Positions 34,001 through 46,384 of a stretch of DNA of 64,000 nucleotides are shown here, in pieces. A program made the translations under genes and the position numbers. Below the pieces are notes generated by a model. That model worked only from the letters and a program-made list of their open reading frames with translations. It was not told where the DNA came from and did not search any database. The DNA is taken from the NCBI GenBank assembly GCA_965235115.1, contig OZ249436.1, positions 52,328,001 through 52,392,000 of the forward strand, read 5' to 3'. Source of the stretch: Laetmonice hystrix (Eukaryota). Numbering within the stretch: position 1 is the stretch's first letter; each line of letters opens with the position of its first letter.

Positions 34001-35131
34001 TGCCGGAGAGCCATGTGTTACCCACCTATTTCAGTTAAAAAGGAAAAGGTGATCGATGTGACCCCCCCCCCCCCCATCCTAGCTGTTCACTGTTAACACA
34101 CGGCCCTGAAGCTGGATCCTCACTGGACGCGTGCGACGCGAGCAACGCGCGCGTTTTTTTTTTAGAAGAAATGGAAATGAATGGAGCCATCTGCACTGGC
34201 GACATTTTTTGTAACGCGCTCCATTTATTTTCATTAGGCCAACTTCTAAAAAAATACCGCGCGTTGACTGCATAAATAAGCCAAACATTTTTCTGTTAAA
34301 GCTCACTACGCGGCGCTTTGAACACTCACATTTCCCCAGTGGTAGGAACGCGACTCACTACGCCGCGCTTTGAACACTCACATTTCCCCAGTGGTAGGAA
34401 CGCGACTCACTACGCCGCGCTTTGAACACTCGTGAACATGTCCCTTTAAAAGACGTGAGGCTTCACGCTAATGACCCTGGTCCGGCATTGGAATTTTTGA
34501 CACGAATTTTTAGAAATGGCCCTATTTGTAGACGTTTTGACCTATTTATCTGAAATTTGTACCACAGACCCCAAATAACCACATGATATCATGTTCCAAA
34601 ATGATGACATTGGGGGTAAAAATCATAGAAGTAGGCTACAGTCAAGAAAAGAGTGTTCCAAATTTTTTTGGCCCACCCGATATATATCATCTTTATTCAC
34701 ACGTAAAAAACGGTACAAAGTAAAACTACAACAATGCTAAAAAGGCATAAAAAAAATTAAAATATATCACATGGTGCATATGCAATTGTTGACATAGGCT
34801 AGGCCTAATTAGGCCTATAATAGGCCTACTTTAACTTTCTCAGCACGGCCGCTATGCTCTTCATAGTTGGTCCAATTTCATAGCTTGGTATAACAATAGA
34901 ATTCTGTCAGAACTCGAAAATCACTATCTAGGCCTACCTGTGCAGCAAGGTGAGCGTCACGGCCAGGTCGACTAGCCCGAGGACGATGCATAGCGCACCG
35001 ACACCACAGATCGTCAACGCGAGGACGCACAGCCTCGTTCTGGGGAACCGTCGCTCCACAGCGAAATCGGACGCTGACATTGCCGTCTGGGGAGTGTTCC
35101 TCTTGTAGAGAGCACCTACCAGAGATGGCAT
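31070..35131 (-). CDS. MS4A/CD20-like four-transmembrane protein (258 aa, 6 exons)
   Basis: complement(join(34938..35131,32876..33017,32279..32338,31944..32057,31599..31721,31070..31213)). All splice phases are compatible (777 nt); four hydrophobic segments; APGVWCGVMFLMAGIVGVLAA and post-TM4 CCCC fit the MS4A-like pattern; intron 5 is GC-AG. Confidence 0.75.
34302..34431. repeat. 52-bp tandem repeat, 2.5 copies
   Basis: Unit ctcactacgccgcgctttgaacactcacatttccccagtggtaggaacgcga. Confidence 0.9.
34485..34677 (+). repeat. Old dispersed repeat fragment (homologous to 44421-44613)
   Basis: Shared blocks such as atctgaaatttgta, atgacattggg and agaaaagagtgttccaaa. Confidence 0.6.
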
Positions 35132-36874
35132 TCAATAAAGCCCAAAGATATCTTTGAAAACCTCGCTGGAGCCAGGTGCGATGGTTTTATTGAAACACTC
35201 GCTCTCTCCCCATCCAGACACTAGTCCAAAAGACATCTTTGGCAAGGGTATCTTTGGCAAAGGTATCTTTTCATATTGAAACGCACCTGGACCTATATAG
35301 GCCTACTCACAGGCAGGTAGAGTCTACACAGTCCGTTATTACAGGGGATTGTATAAAATAGTTGCGCCCTACCCATGAGATATAATTTTCTAATTGGAAA
35401 TAAAAAAATAAAAAAGGGAGGACGAGAAATCAGTATTAAAGTGCTGATTTCGTTTTCGTTATCTAAACCGGTCTTGAATAAAGAATGTCATAACAATTTA
35501 CACCAGAAAGTGAAGAAATAGTATTCAAAACGACCAGACTATAGCTGTTAACCATTATGAAAATGGAGCGGTACAGAACGCAATAATCGATGCTGCTCAG
35601 CCTGCTGTTTGTGTAGCCTACATCATTCTATTTATTTAACTTTGTATATATTCGACGGTAATGTTTAATGTCGTCATGTAGCTCCAGTGACAATTCATTC
35701 GAATCGGTAATTCACTAGAACTGTTTCATTATTAGTCAGGATTGCAAGAATGGGGGCACCTTTTGGTTGATAATCGGTGGCCCATTTTCGGGGGGGGGGG
35801 GGGGGGTTAGGGGTCTACATGTAACCCATGTAGCCTCCATGAATCCGCCATTGGCTGCACTTACTACTCCTTGCAATCCACCAGACGGGTATCCCTTTCA
35901 CAGACACCTGTTCCGGTTTGGTAAGTGTACCCAGGTGTTGTAGGCCTACTCGTATGATGAGTAATGATTCTGTGAAACACCACTTAAAAAGACTTGAAGG
36001 CTTTAAAAAACATGCCCTGTGCTAGTTTTGATGTGTATTCTACAGACCAACTCTGACATGTAGCAGATGTCCACAGGGCGGGAGATCGGGGGCGCGAACG
36101 ACACCCCCCCCCCCCCGCCTTTGGCAAACGTTTTGGTGCCCCTAAAATGTTCAAGATTCACAAGTAGCCCTATATGGGTTGCCACTTTTTCGTAATTTTT
36201 CTTCCGTTAGCTCTGTGGGTAGGACGAGGCCTAGGTGTGGTTTATTGGAATGAAATGCAGCATTAAGAATACAACAAAGGCCTCATAACCACTCCTGCAC
36301 AGTCAGGCAAAATGTTTCTTTTTTTATACCTATATAGGGGTTAATGAATTAGCAGTATAGTTTTATATATGATTATCAATAAAATGTATGAATATTAATA
36401 TTTTCTTGCTGTGTGCGCGGAAATGCGTTTTCTCTGGGCCTTGCTCTCAGAAAGGGAGCCGTGGGCCTGGAAATCCAAGGGGACCCCTGCATGGGGATAC
36501 CTAGAGGGCATTGTCTTCCTTAGCTCCACCCAGACTCCCAACAAAATGTGAAATCAGCCTACCTGTCGTAAAGAGCCTCACAGACCTGATCAGTAAGCCT
36601 AAAGGAGCGCACTACTCGATCGCGAGACTGTTCATCCCAGTTGGCTGGCTATAGGCCTCTGTGTCACTCCGGTCTACGTCACCAGTTTACCAACACCATC
36701 GGCTGAAATCATGTCATTCTAAAAATCAATAAAGTACATAAAGACTTTATTTTGCTGACGAGAGGCTCGAAAGCGCATAACTTTAGGTTTGTGATAGTAA
36801 TTGTGACCGCTATTCATAATTTAGGCCTGTTAGACATACACGAGGGAATTTCCGTGATAACGTCAACTGCCTTT

Positions 36875-37126
36875 GGCCCTGTCACACCTTGCCGGATAGC
36901 ATAAACAGAAAAACTATAAACGGATCATCTCCGTTTGCATGCGTTTCTTGTCCGTTCTCGTTCGCCAAATGCGTTCCTTGTGCAGGCGAGGTCCGTTTAA
37001 TCCGGGGAAACGCCTGAGGGCATCGAGTAGCAACGGAGACGACTTTCACCACCGGATGGTTAATTTTGACAAAGTTTCTGTCCGTCGCACGTCCGTTTAT
37101 GCTATCCGGCAAGGTGTGACAGGGCC
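36875..37126. mobile_element. MITE with 32-bp perfect TIRs (PIF/Harbinger-like GGCC ends)
   Basis: GGCCCTGTCACACCTTGCCGGATAGCATAAAC and its reverse complement; TSD unclear. Confidence 0.75.
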
Positions 37127-38160
37127 ATTAGACAGAAACAAAAGTATATCCTTCAATAACATCCAACTTCAAAATCTTGATATTAAGTCTTGTATAATTA
37201 TTTATATGATATCAGTTACAGCCGTAGCCTATATCTTTGAAGTAGGGCGTATTCACGTATGTTGACTTTTAAAGGAAAAAAACAGCATCAGAGTAGGCTG
37301 ATTGTTAGGTGAGGTATTCATTTGAATAAAGCTTTAGCGATTTGAGGACGTTATTATCTTGAATAAAAGATATAGATGTAGATATTTCAGACTTTCGATT
37401 CACACAAGTAGATCTCTAACGTTAGGCTCCACGTCCGACAGCGACCGAGGCCTACCAGATAAATTAAAGCAAACGCCAGCTATCTCTTATTTAAATGACT
37501 CCTAAATGCAGACATGGGCTTCTAGGTTAGATAAGGCCTTAGACTACATTAATAAATACATGTAAACCCACAGAAATGGAGATATCTAATGAAATTCAAC
37601 ATTCCAGTTGCCTGTTGTGGTTATGAAACGATCGGCACTGTCAGATGGAATGCGCATATCATAATAGGTTCCTTCAGGCACAGTTGAATTATTTAGGTGT
37701 AGGTAGAAACGACAGGAATTCATAGTGTTTTAACATCCGACCACCACATCATTCACCCCTGCCCCCCTAGATCCGCCTCTGGTTACAGATTAGTAACACA
37801 TTGCAGCCTGTACAGCAGAAGTTCTGCATTTAACCGTCCCGGGTAATCGGCTGTCTCCCCTGTTCTAGGTTCAATGCACATATAATGACCTCCACACTTT
37901 TTGGCCTTATAAGTATTGGCGATATTGGCTGGTTAAGTCGGTAGCGATCAAAAACCTCCACCCCAACGATCTCATGTTGGCGTTGATCCACTGATTGAGA
38001 GCGGCCAGATCAAACGCATTCCGTTTAATTCCAGCCAGTTGAATGGGAGTTACCGTGAGCCATATAAACGTTATGTTTAACCGTCTGGTTAGTTTTGATA
38101 TCATCCTCAAAGAAGACCACATCCGTTTAAAACTATTCATCACGCTGAGAATCCCTCCCC

Positions 38161-38559
38161 ACGCTCACATTCGCGCCTATTTGCTGAAATGAACGCTCAT
38201 ATATCCTGCACGGGACTCTGGGCAAACCGCAGGGGGTAACGAGGACACCGGGGCGAACTAGTTTCACCGCAGTACATGGAAGACATGGCTTCCCGCGTGA
38301 CACCAGTCAAACCGGCGGCGGTTAAGCTCAAGACAGTCAACCAGCGTAAGTTTAATTCAAGACCTGTTCAACAACATCAGCGATCTTGCCGACCGGCACG
38401 CACTACTTTGTAACCACGGTGTAGTAATTGACGAGTGTGACGAGTGAGGTGGCGCGGATGCTCCTAATCGGGCCGTGAGTGATATGTAATCTGTGAGAGT
38501 GATTTCCCCGCACGAATGAAGATTGCCGAAGATTGCCGAAAGGACTCGAGTGTGAGAAT
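38161..38559. mobile_element. ~400-bp unclassified element with a 12-bp TSD and short imperfect TIRs
   Basis: GAATCCCTCCCC flanks both sides (38149-38160, 38560-38571); removing the element and one TSD restores the frame MQRGGILSVMNS; a second, inverted copy lies at 44765-45361. Confidence 0.75.
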
Positions 38560-39053
38560 GAATCCCTCCCCTCTGCATGTTGTGGTGGCCAATATTGAGA
38601 AGAATCACGTGCCTACCTTTCCCCCATTTAGTATTGGCCTGACTCATGTCTCTGATCATAGAGTTCAGCCTGGACGTGAAGGCAGCAATACGAGGAAGCC
38701 ACAGAAAGGGATAGTGGCCGAATTCGATGTGTGCATGGATGGTCGGCTTCCATTTCTGATCAAGTCGCCCGGCATACCGCGCCATGTAATAAAACAAAAA
38801 ACGCATGTGGGAATCTCTAATAAGATGTAGAGATTCCAGCTCTTCAAGACATTTGCGGGTTCTTGCAATATCAGGTCTGGACACGATACTGTCACCGTTA
38901 TGATTGTTGGTTTTCCAAAACGTTCGTAACGATAACTAGTTGGTTGCTGTGTTGACGATGGTTTACTATTCTTCTTCGGTTCAGGTACAATATGGCAAAT
39001 GGTAGAGCACGTGGGATTCCAACGGACTCTATTCCAAGTTGCTAGCTGACTGA

Positions 39054-39247
39054 CAGTGGTTGTCCAACTGATTCCTTGCTTGCAGTGGTTCTCCAACTGA
39101 TTCTCGCTTGCAGTGGTTCTCCAACTGATTCTCGCTTGCAGTGGTTCTCCAACTTATTCTCCAACTCGCAGTGGTTCTCCAACTGATTTCTTTCCCTGCA
39201 GTGGTTCTCCAACTGTTTTTTAACTCGCAGTGGTTCTCCAACTGATT
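39054..39247. repeat. ~28-bp minisatellite, 7 copies
   Basis: Core cagtggttctccaactgatt repeated. Confidence 0.9.
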
Positions 39248-41184
39248 GCTAACTCAAACTTAACTTGACTCTTATATAGTCCAGAACATTACATAGAGAG
39301 ACAGTCCTAACAATTAAGAATACTACAATACGGATTAAAGTTAAACATAGAAAGCTGACTGTCATCATAACAAGTATGGGTGGAGCCAGAAGGCATTCAC
39401 ACCCTTGACACTTCAAAGGTGTCAGCCTGGCCAGACGTGGCCAGGGGTTGGCGGCTTTATCACAAACATTAATCCGTCCATATGGGCTCGTTAACAAACA
39501 GAAGATGACAGAACATACAATAAGAAAAGGCATGACTTATCAGAGACATGAACATACATCCTGTAGATATGAAATACATGTACAACTATGTGAGGATCTA
39601 TCCGTAACAATACAGTCTTTGTGAACCAGCCTCCAGTGGTTCTCAAAGCGAAGCAGGTGGCCATCTCGGAGGACCTCGTAGATCTTGTCTGATCAGATGA
39701 GACATTCTGAATTGGGAAGTGTTGTTCTGTTTTTGACTTTTCCCGTGCATTGTGTGATTTTCTTCACGGTGGGTGACGTTAGGTGTCGAAAGGCATCGAA
39801 AGATCGAAACATGACACCGACGTTGATAACATAGCTGTCGCCGAGGGAACGACCACATCCCGTGTAAGTGCCGTTAAAATGATCTGTGATTGGAATCGAG
39901 CTGTTTTTAGAGTGTATGTTATCGCCCAGGCTCAGAATTGCAATAGCTGTTGAACTGACCTTAAACAAAGACAGCTGTCAGTGATGAACACCTTGTTCAT
40001 TTTCTTCTTTCCTTCCTCCTTTCTTCCTTTTCTTTCTCTTTCATGCCCCTTTGCTCACTCCTTTTATCTCTTTCTCTCTTTTGGGATAGTAGATTTATAT
40101 AACACATAAATGTCGATTAGTAGATCTTACTAATGGTCTTATTTTTATATGTAGACCTACATCAAGAATATGTAGACTAATCGTGAGTTACGTTTTACGT
40201 ATACCGCCCAAACTGCAATGAGACATGGCTACAAGCTAAATTGTAATGTCCAGTATAAATAAACGACTGAAACATTTAACCTGGTATAGTTTGACTAAAA
40301 AGGCCTTAAGTGCTTAGGGACTATTTTCGGAAGTGGCGGATCCAACGGCTTTTGAAAAGAAGATTTTACCTCAAATATTTCTTAAAAGGAAGGCTAATTT
40401 AAAACCTCTTAGTTCAATTATTCCAAAATGAACATATTATTATAGATGTTAGGTTGGATGCATGTGTGATGACTGCGTGTGAATGTTTAGTCTGTGGCAA
40501 CATACATGTACTCCAAAAGTGCACCCAGGGGAAAATGGATTATGTGTTCATCTTGCGCTGGATGGTCCCAAATGGATGGAGTAAAGAAATTCCATAAGCC
40601 TACTAGGCACATAAGTGACTTACCGCTGCCATTCTGTACTTATTTTACCTGTACAATTTGCAATTTAACGGATGTGCATAACTTCATTAGGACATAGCAT
40701 ATGTAGGCCTGTTTCATGTAGCCACAATAAAATGCATTTCAGACCATAATGTTTCTCGAAGATTTATTATAAATAGCTTCAGTCTTGCAGAGATCATGGA
40801 AGATGATGCCCTAGCGGAATTAGGACATCCCATTAAAATTACATAACGGGGTGAGGACACCCGGACGGAATAAAGACACCCCATCGACGGCTTAAGGTTT
40901 CCGGTGTCCTAATTCCGTCATTTGGTGATGGTTTACAGGTTTATAGCGAAAAAGTGTATTTCATCCCTGAACAAAGAAAACCAGGGCAGCATCAATCCGT
41001 TTCAGAGCTATCAATGGATATTTGAAGAGGGTGGCGGAATTAGGGCACCCAACATGTTACATGTATTAAATAATTTTGTTTTTAAATTGATCACTTAGTG
41101 CGCGAAACATAAAAAACGGCGTACATAGGCCTATAAGAAAAATAATCTACACCTCTCATTGTCACCTTCTATGGATCTAATAGT

Positions 41185-41877
41185 TCAACTGATAGGACAA
41201 GTGTTTTGTTTCCTAAGTTTTTGCTTATCCTTTTTCGGCGTAGGCCTACCGACACTGGGGCAAGACCGTCTCCTACGTTGAACTGCGGGCGAAAGAGCGC
41301 ACGGTAGCTTTGCCTGATTCAGCAGTTCATTAAAGATGGCGACAATGTTTACGTCATCTTTGGCTGACACCTCGACATGAGCGTTGCCCCAGTCAATACT
41401 GACGGTTGATTCAGCTGTTTCTTTCAGAATAACGCGGCTCGATTCGGGTAAATCCGACTTGTTTGCCACGATAACGATAGGTTTTGATTCCGCATTGTCT
41501 TTCTCTGTCATGATTTGGTCACAGAGCCTTTGAACCTCACAAAAAGACCGTTCGTCATCGATGCTGTAGACCAGGGCAAAGGCGTCAGCCGTTGAGATCG
41601 ACAGTTTGCGCATGGCCGGGAATTGATATGTCCCCGACGTGTCCAATATGTCCAGAGTCAACTGCAAACCATCGATTTCGTATATTCCATGATGAAGCTC
41701 TTCCACTGTTTCTTTATATTCGTTCTGAAACTTTCCGTAAAGGAACTGCGAAATGATGCAACTTTTACCGACGCCAGCTGCCCCCATGACCACAATTCGA
41801 AAGCGCTCCTGTCGCGGTTCCGCACTGCGCAATGCCGGAAATCGCCGGTAGATAGACTGAAGGCGCGAATGGTTCAT
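41185..41877 (-). CDS. Intronless Ras-superfamily small GTPase, RASD/Rhes-like (230 aa)
   Basis: G1 GAAGVGKS; G3 LDILDTSG followed by FPAMRKLSI; G4 NKSD; G5 SAK; polybasic tail and CaaX motif CPIS. Confidence 0.92.
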   Translation of the reverse strand: MNHSRLQSIYRRFPALRSAEPRQERFRIVVMGAAGVGKSCIISQFLYGKFQNEYKETVEELHHGIYEIDGLQLTLDILDTSGTYQFPAMRKLSISTADAFALVYSIDDERSFCEVQRLCDQIMTEKDNAESKPIVIVANKSDLPESSRVILKETAESTVSIDWGNAHVEVSAKDDVNIVAIFNELLNQAKLPCALSPAVQRRRRSCPSVGRPTPKKDKQKLRKQNTCPIS

Positions 41878-44764
41878 TGTTGTAATTCGTCCACCACGTA
41901 TAAATCAATAACCGTCACAAGATGAAATTATCCGACCAGTTACGCTCCGCAATACTACAGGTGACACAAGGCAGCAAGGCTGTCTGGTTGTGTAGACAAT
42001 TTTACGCTGACTCTTCTGGCGTTCTCCGAATGCAGAGACCTTCTGATTTCATCCATACGTCTGCAGACTGAAGAAGTTGTATGGTATCTGCCAGACCATC
42101 GCCACACCAATTTTACTCTATATATAGGTTACCATAACAGTTGGGTCTATAGCCTATCCTATAGACTACGCCGCCGCTGCATATAGCTACATAACAAATT
42201 AACAGTGTGCCCATGTTCAGGTGCTTTGTCATTGTCGCAGTGGATTAACAGCTTGCACTGTTTGCCCGGAGATGTTAATGACCTATAGCGCATGCACCTG
42301 TTATAAGTAATTTGATATATTATCGGCCACTACCTAATATCGGCCACCTTTCTCACATTTCCTGAAGTTATATTACCCCCAGTCGTGCTACTATGTCAAT
42401 AAATGAAGGTAGATCTATTGTTTCATTATCAAGAAGTTACCAAGGCCTACATACATCAATATTTCATGGGATCCTTAATTTTATTAATAAAATATGATCC
42501 AGGGGTGTTTTAGAGGGGACAGGGGGCTCGGCCGCCCTTAGTACAAATTCTGGACTTTTAGCGTGCACGCATGGCTTGGAGGCCATTCATTATGAGCATC
42601 CCTATGCTAATATAATGTCCCACCCTATGTATGCTCATATATATTCCCCGCACATGCATTCGTCGTGTTTCTCCGGCCTGACATTATGCAATGTCTCGTG
42701 CCCTTATTATCGTTCATTCAACGCTGACAAACATCGAACTGCCAATAAAATATATAGTTGTGTCTACCAGGGTAGTCCTGCGAAGGCACCAGAACATGAA
42801 ACATATGTGTACAATTTTAGGAAAATAGGTCTTAAAAGTTAATCTCTTTTCTTTAAACTGTCCCACCGAGGGCCACGAAATTTTCTTCTGCATCGGCCTT
42901 AGTTAGTGCTGCAATAAAACACCAGGGGGGGCCTACCCCCTGCGGTTCTGGGTTTTTGTATTCCCCGTATACAGTCCATTCGAAATTCTTGTCTAATACG
43001 AATGTCACTATCTAGCAGTTCGAACCCCCCTTGGGCCCCAAATTAAGTACCTAACTGTTGCAAGCGTGGGTCCAAGGGGACGTGCAGGGTGCACGCTCCC
43101 CTTTTTTGAAGAAAGAAAATTATTATTTGAAAAACTTTTGCATTCCGTCAAAATTTATATCTCCAGATGCCGTGAAATGGTGTTGTCCCCTCATCTAAAA
43201 TCAGCAATCTTCTGGTGGAGGGCCCCCCAGACCCTCCCCCCCCCCCCCGCGCATGTTCACCTACGAACTTTTAACCGTCCGGTCAACTTAAGCGAAAAGC
43301 AGCGAGATGAGCCAAAGATGTCTACTTCCTTGTGAAATTTTTATTATGAGAATTTAGTGAACATAAACCCCCTTACGGCCATTCTAGAGAGCGCATAACA
43401 CGTGGATTTCTGAAGAACATCTGGATCGTTCTGTCCTGGCCCTGAAGCGGGTAGATGGTGACTTTTTGTGTGAAAGAGGCCAACGATACGCCCGACGCTC
43501 CTATATGTAGATCCAATGCTTGGAATCGCAACTTTTCTTTGCATGTAGGCCTATTTTATAAATCCTATCCCCTATTATATAGGTCAAAAGGGTCAGTAAA
43601 ACTTAGCCTATTTCCTGAGCTAATCGTAAGGGAAAGACCCCCCAAAACGGCCAAACTACCCTATATATTTCGATATACACCCTCGAATTTTTGGGCTATT
43701 TAAAATTCACAAAAAGTATTTTATTTAGCTGAGAGAGTGCTTTTAAGAAAAAGTGAAAAGGGTGCAAAACCGCTAAAAAGTGACGTTTTGCCAAAACGTA
43801 TGACGGATTTTTAAAACATCAATAATTCTCAAATGTGGCAATCTTTCAAAAAAAAATTTTGATTGATCCACATTCTGGAGACGATTTTCTCACATAGCCT
43901 ACATCTGGCCAAAAATTATGATTTTTGGGGCGTTATTTAAATTTGACGTATCGAAAATGAAGCATTTCGGCTTAGCATTGAAGAATCCTATCTGTCCGCG
44001 AAGCGGCGCAGCGCAGATGCCCGCCAGCCCGGCCAGCTATTATGTGGTGATTCCATCGGAAGCCGGAAGGTGGCAGCGCCCGGCCTTCAGTCCAATATTT
44101 TTGCTTCAGTGGCCAACAGCATGCACGGTGGCGTTTGCCTGCAACATCTCTGTAACCTTTATACTTAGGGATGGGATGTCTGATGTTGAAAAGGCGTACA
44201 ACCATTTCATTTGCCATTGTTAATTAAACATTTACGGCAAATTGCCATTGGGACTAGCTGACAACATGGCCGCACGCTTATATCTAAAAATACTTATAGG
44301 ATCTGTCGGCCTAGTGGACGTAGAGTACAGCGAGGCGAGACGCCCCCTCCGGGGAAGACGCTCCCCAGTGTCAACTCAGTTATTTATCCTCAAGTTGGGA
44401 TTCCATGGCGGTTATTTTATGCACTAATTTTTGACATGCAGTTTTTAAAATGTCAGGTTTTCTTTAGACGTTTTTAGGCCTATCTGAAATTTGTAGGCCT
44501 ACCACACGCCCGAATTTACCAAATGATATCAGGTCCCTAATATTATGACATTGGGATAAAAATGACAGAAGTTACAGTGTAGAAAAGAGTGTTCCAAAAT
44601 TTTTAAGGCCCACTATAGATATATTATATAGGCCTACCTGCTATATTGGACAAATTGGCGGAAACATTGTTTGAATAGTGTATTATAGCTAATTATGTAC
44701 CATAGCTCCAAACTTCCACCACTTTTCCTCTAATGGACGTGATCCATGCCACGGCTTCCGCGCC

Positions 44765-45361
44765 ATTCTCACACTCGAGTCCTTTCGGCAATCTTCGTTC
44801 GTGCGGGGAAAGCACTCTCACAGATTACGCTGGTTGACTGTCTTGAGCTTAACCGCCGCCGGTGTCGCGGTCTGTTTTCTCCGCGGTCTGAAATCTCCGG
44901 GAGGTTGGCTGCAGAGTCGCGTATATTTCTATCGTTCTCGGTAAACTATCCGAGATATCAGGCCAGGATGAAGTCTCAAGTAATAACCCTTTTCTCCTCC
45001 GTCAGTTTTGGTCCGCAATTTGCCTATCCAGGCTGTCGTTTATTACTGTTTGGAAGAAAACCCTACCGCCTATCAGCTAGCAGACGACCGGAGGTGTGAG
45101 CTCAAACTGCGACACGCGCGTGCTCACTTGGTTAAGTTTGGCCTCTAAACAATAGGAAACCCTGCACCCGGAGATTACAGACCGGCGGAGAAATCAGACC
45201 GCGACACCGGTTTGACTGGTGTCACGCGGGAAGCCATGTCTTCCATGTGCTACGGTGAAAGTAGTTCGCCCCAGTGTCCTCGTTACCCCCTGCGGCTTGC
45301 CCCGAGTCCCGTTCAGGATCTGTGAGCGTTCATTTCAGAAAATGGGCGCGAATGTGAGCGT
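44765..45361. mobile_element. Second (inverted, internally deleted) copy of the 38161-38559 element, interrupted by a Ginger-like MITE
   Basis: Colinear with the reverse complement of 38161-38559; degenerate ~11-bp flanking repeat gcttccgcgcc / gctttcgcgcg. Confidence 0.7.
44863..45206. mobile_element. Ginger-like non-autonomous DNA transposon (344 bp)
   Basis: TGTCG...CGACA ends; ~40-bp TIRs; 4-bp TSD CCGG (44859-44862, 45207-45210); the empty site cgccgccggtttgac is visible in the paralogous copy near 38310. Confidence 0.8.
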
Positions 45362-45444
45362 GCTTTCGCGCGTCTACGGTTTTTTCTCTCTCGGAAGCTT
45401 CGGAAGTAGGGCCTATACGTTAAAGTGATCGTAAGGCCCCGTAA

Positions 45445-45641
45445 AGCCGCTTTCACATGCACACGGTTTTCGGCGTGCGGCATGCGGCGTGCGTTTTTGC
45501 AAAAATGGAACAACTGAAAATAGATATAACCGTTCACATGTCTCCGGTTTGCGGCGTGCGGCGATTTACATTGGCTACATTATTAACAAAAACGCACGCC
45601 GCATGCCGCACGCCGCACACCGTATGCATGTGAAAGTGGCT
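45445..45641. mobile_element. PIF/Harbinger-like MITE
   Basis: ~55-bp TIRs AGCC(G/A)CTTTCACATGCA...; TAA on both flanks. Confidence 0.8.
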
Positions 45642-46384
45642 TAACCCGCGTAAGCACTCGTAAGAAAATTTAAACGCATAATCCACTTGTAGGGTCTCAA
45701 GAGCTCTTCCGATTGTCAGAGGACATCAAAATGGAGCCCTAAGGGAGGTCGCACTAATTGCCATCACCTTCGCCTTTTTGGCCGAAGGTGAGGAACAAGA
45801 AATGGAAGAAGTTTTTGGGTTCGCTTTAGACCTTCCTCTTCCGAGTGCTTACGAACTCTTTATGCATCTTCCGATATCTTACGCGAGGCCACGTGCACTA
45901 TGCACTCTTCCGATAATATCTAACATTTCTGATCTGCTCGTAAGGGGGTCCGAGAGCGCTCTGGCACTCGTAAGACGTCTGAAGCCCTCGGAACACTCGT
46001 GAACTCTCGTAATGCGTGATTCACTTAAAATGCTTGCGTCTATTCCCGATTTGGAATTTTTTCCGCGGAAGAATTCGTAAGACCGCGCAAGGGGTGAATC
46101 GGAAGCATCGCAAGGCAAGTGGATCACGCCCAAAACTATGGCTACCACGGATCCTTCGGTTTGGGGACTAAAAAGTACACTGTTATCAAAGTATACAGAA
46201 GCAAACAACTACGAGTAGGCATGGCACTAACCATGAACTTTATTATGATAATAACATCTGTGTCCATGTACGTCAGTGGATTTTTGCGAGAATGGATTGG
46301 ATTCGGCGACCGACGCCGACGGGATCGACATGTCCTTAGTTGTACATCATTAACACCTAGCCTGGTGGCTACCTTTACCGTCTC

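Larger units (their letters stand above)
37783..39960 (-). pseudogene. Disrupted NXPE/PC-esterase (SGNH-like) gene
   Basis: Ordered motif remnants ITDHFNGTY, RWNPTC, LIRDSHMRFLFYY (GDS changed to RDS), LLNIGHHN, FIWLTVTP...NQWIN, CGGHYMC; in-frame stop at 39693, frameshifts, and two insertions (38161-38559 and a minisatellite). Family assignment is from motif recall. Confidence 0.55.

Noticed and set aside
41185-41877. Calling the GTPase DIRAS1 to extend the human 19p13.3 synteny with NCLN and CHAF1A
   Set aside because: The sequence (LDILDTSG...FPAMRKLSI) resembles RASD more than DIRAS; orthology cannot be assigned without a tree.
45778-46208. Overlapping short ORFs with repeated CTCGTAAG motifs as a transposase or gene
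   Set aside because: No recognisable domain or splice support; probably a decayed repeat.
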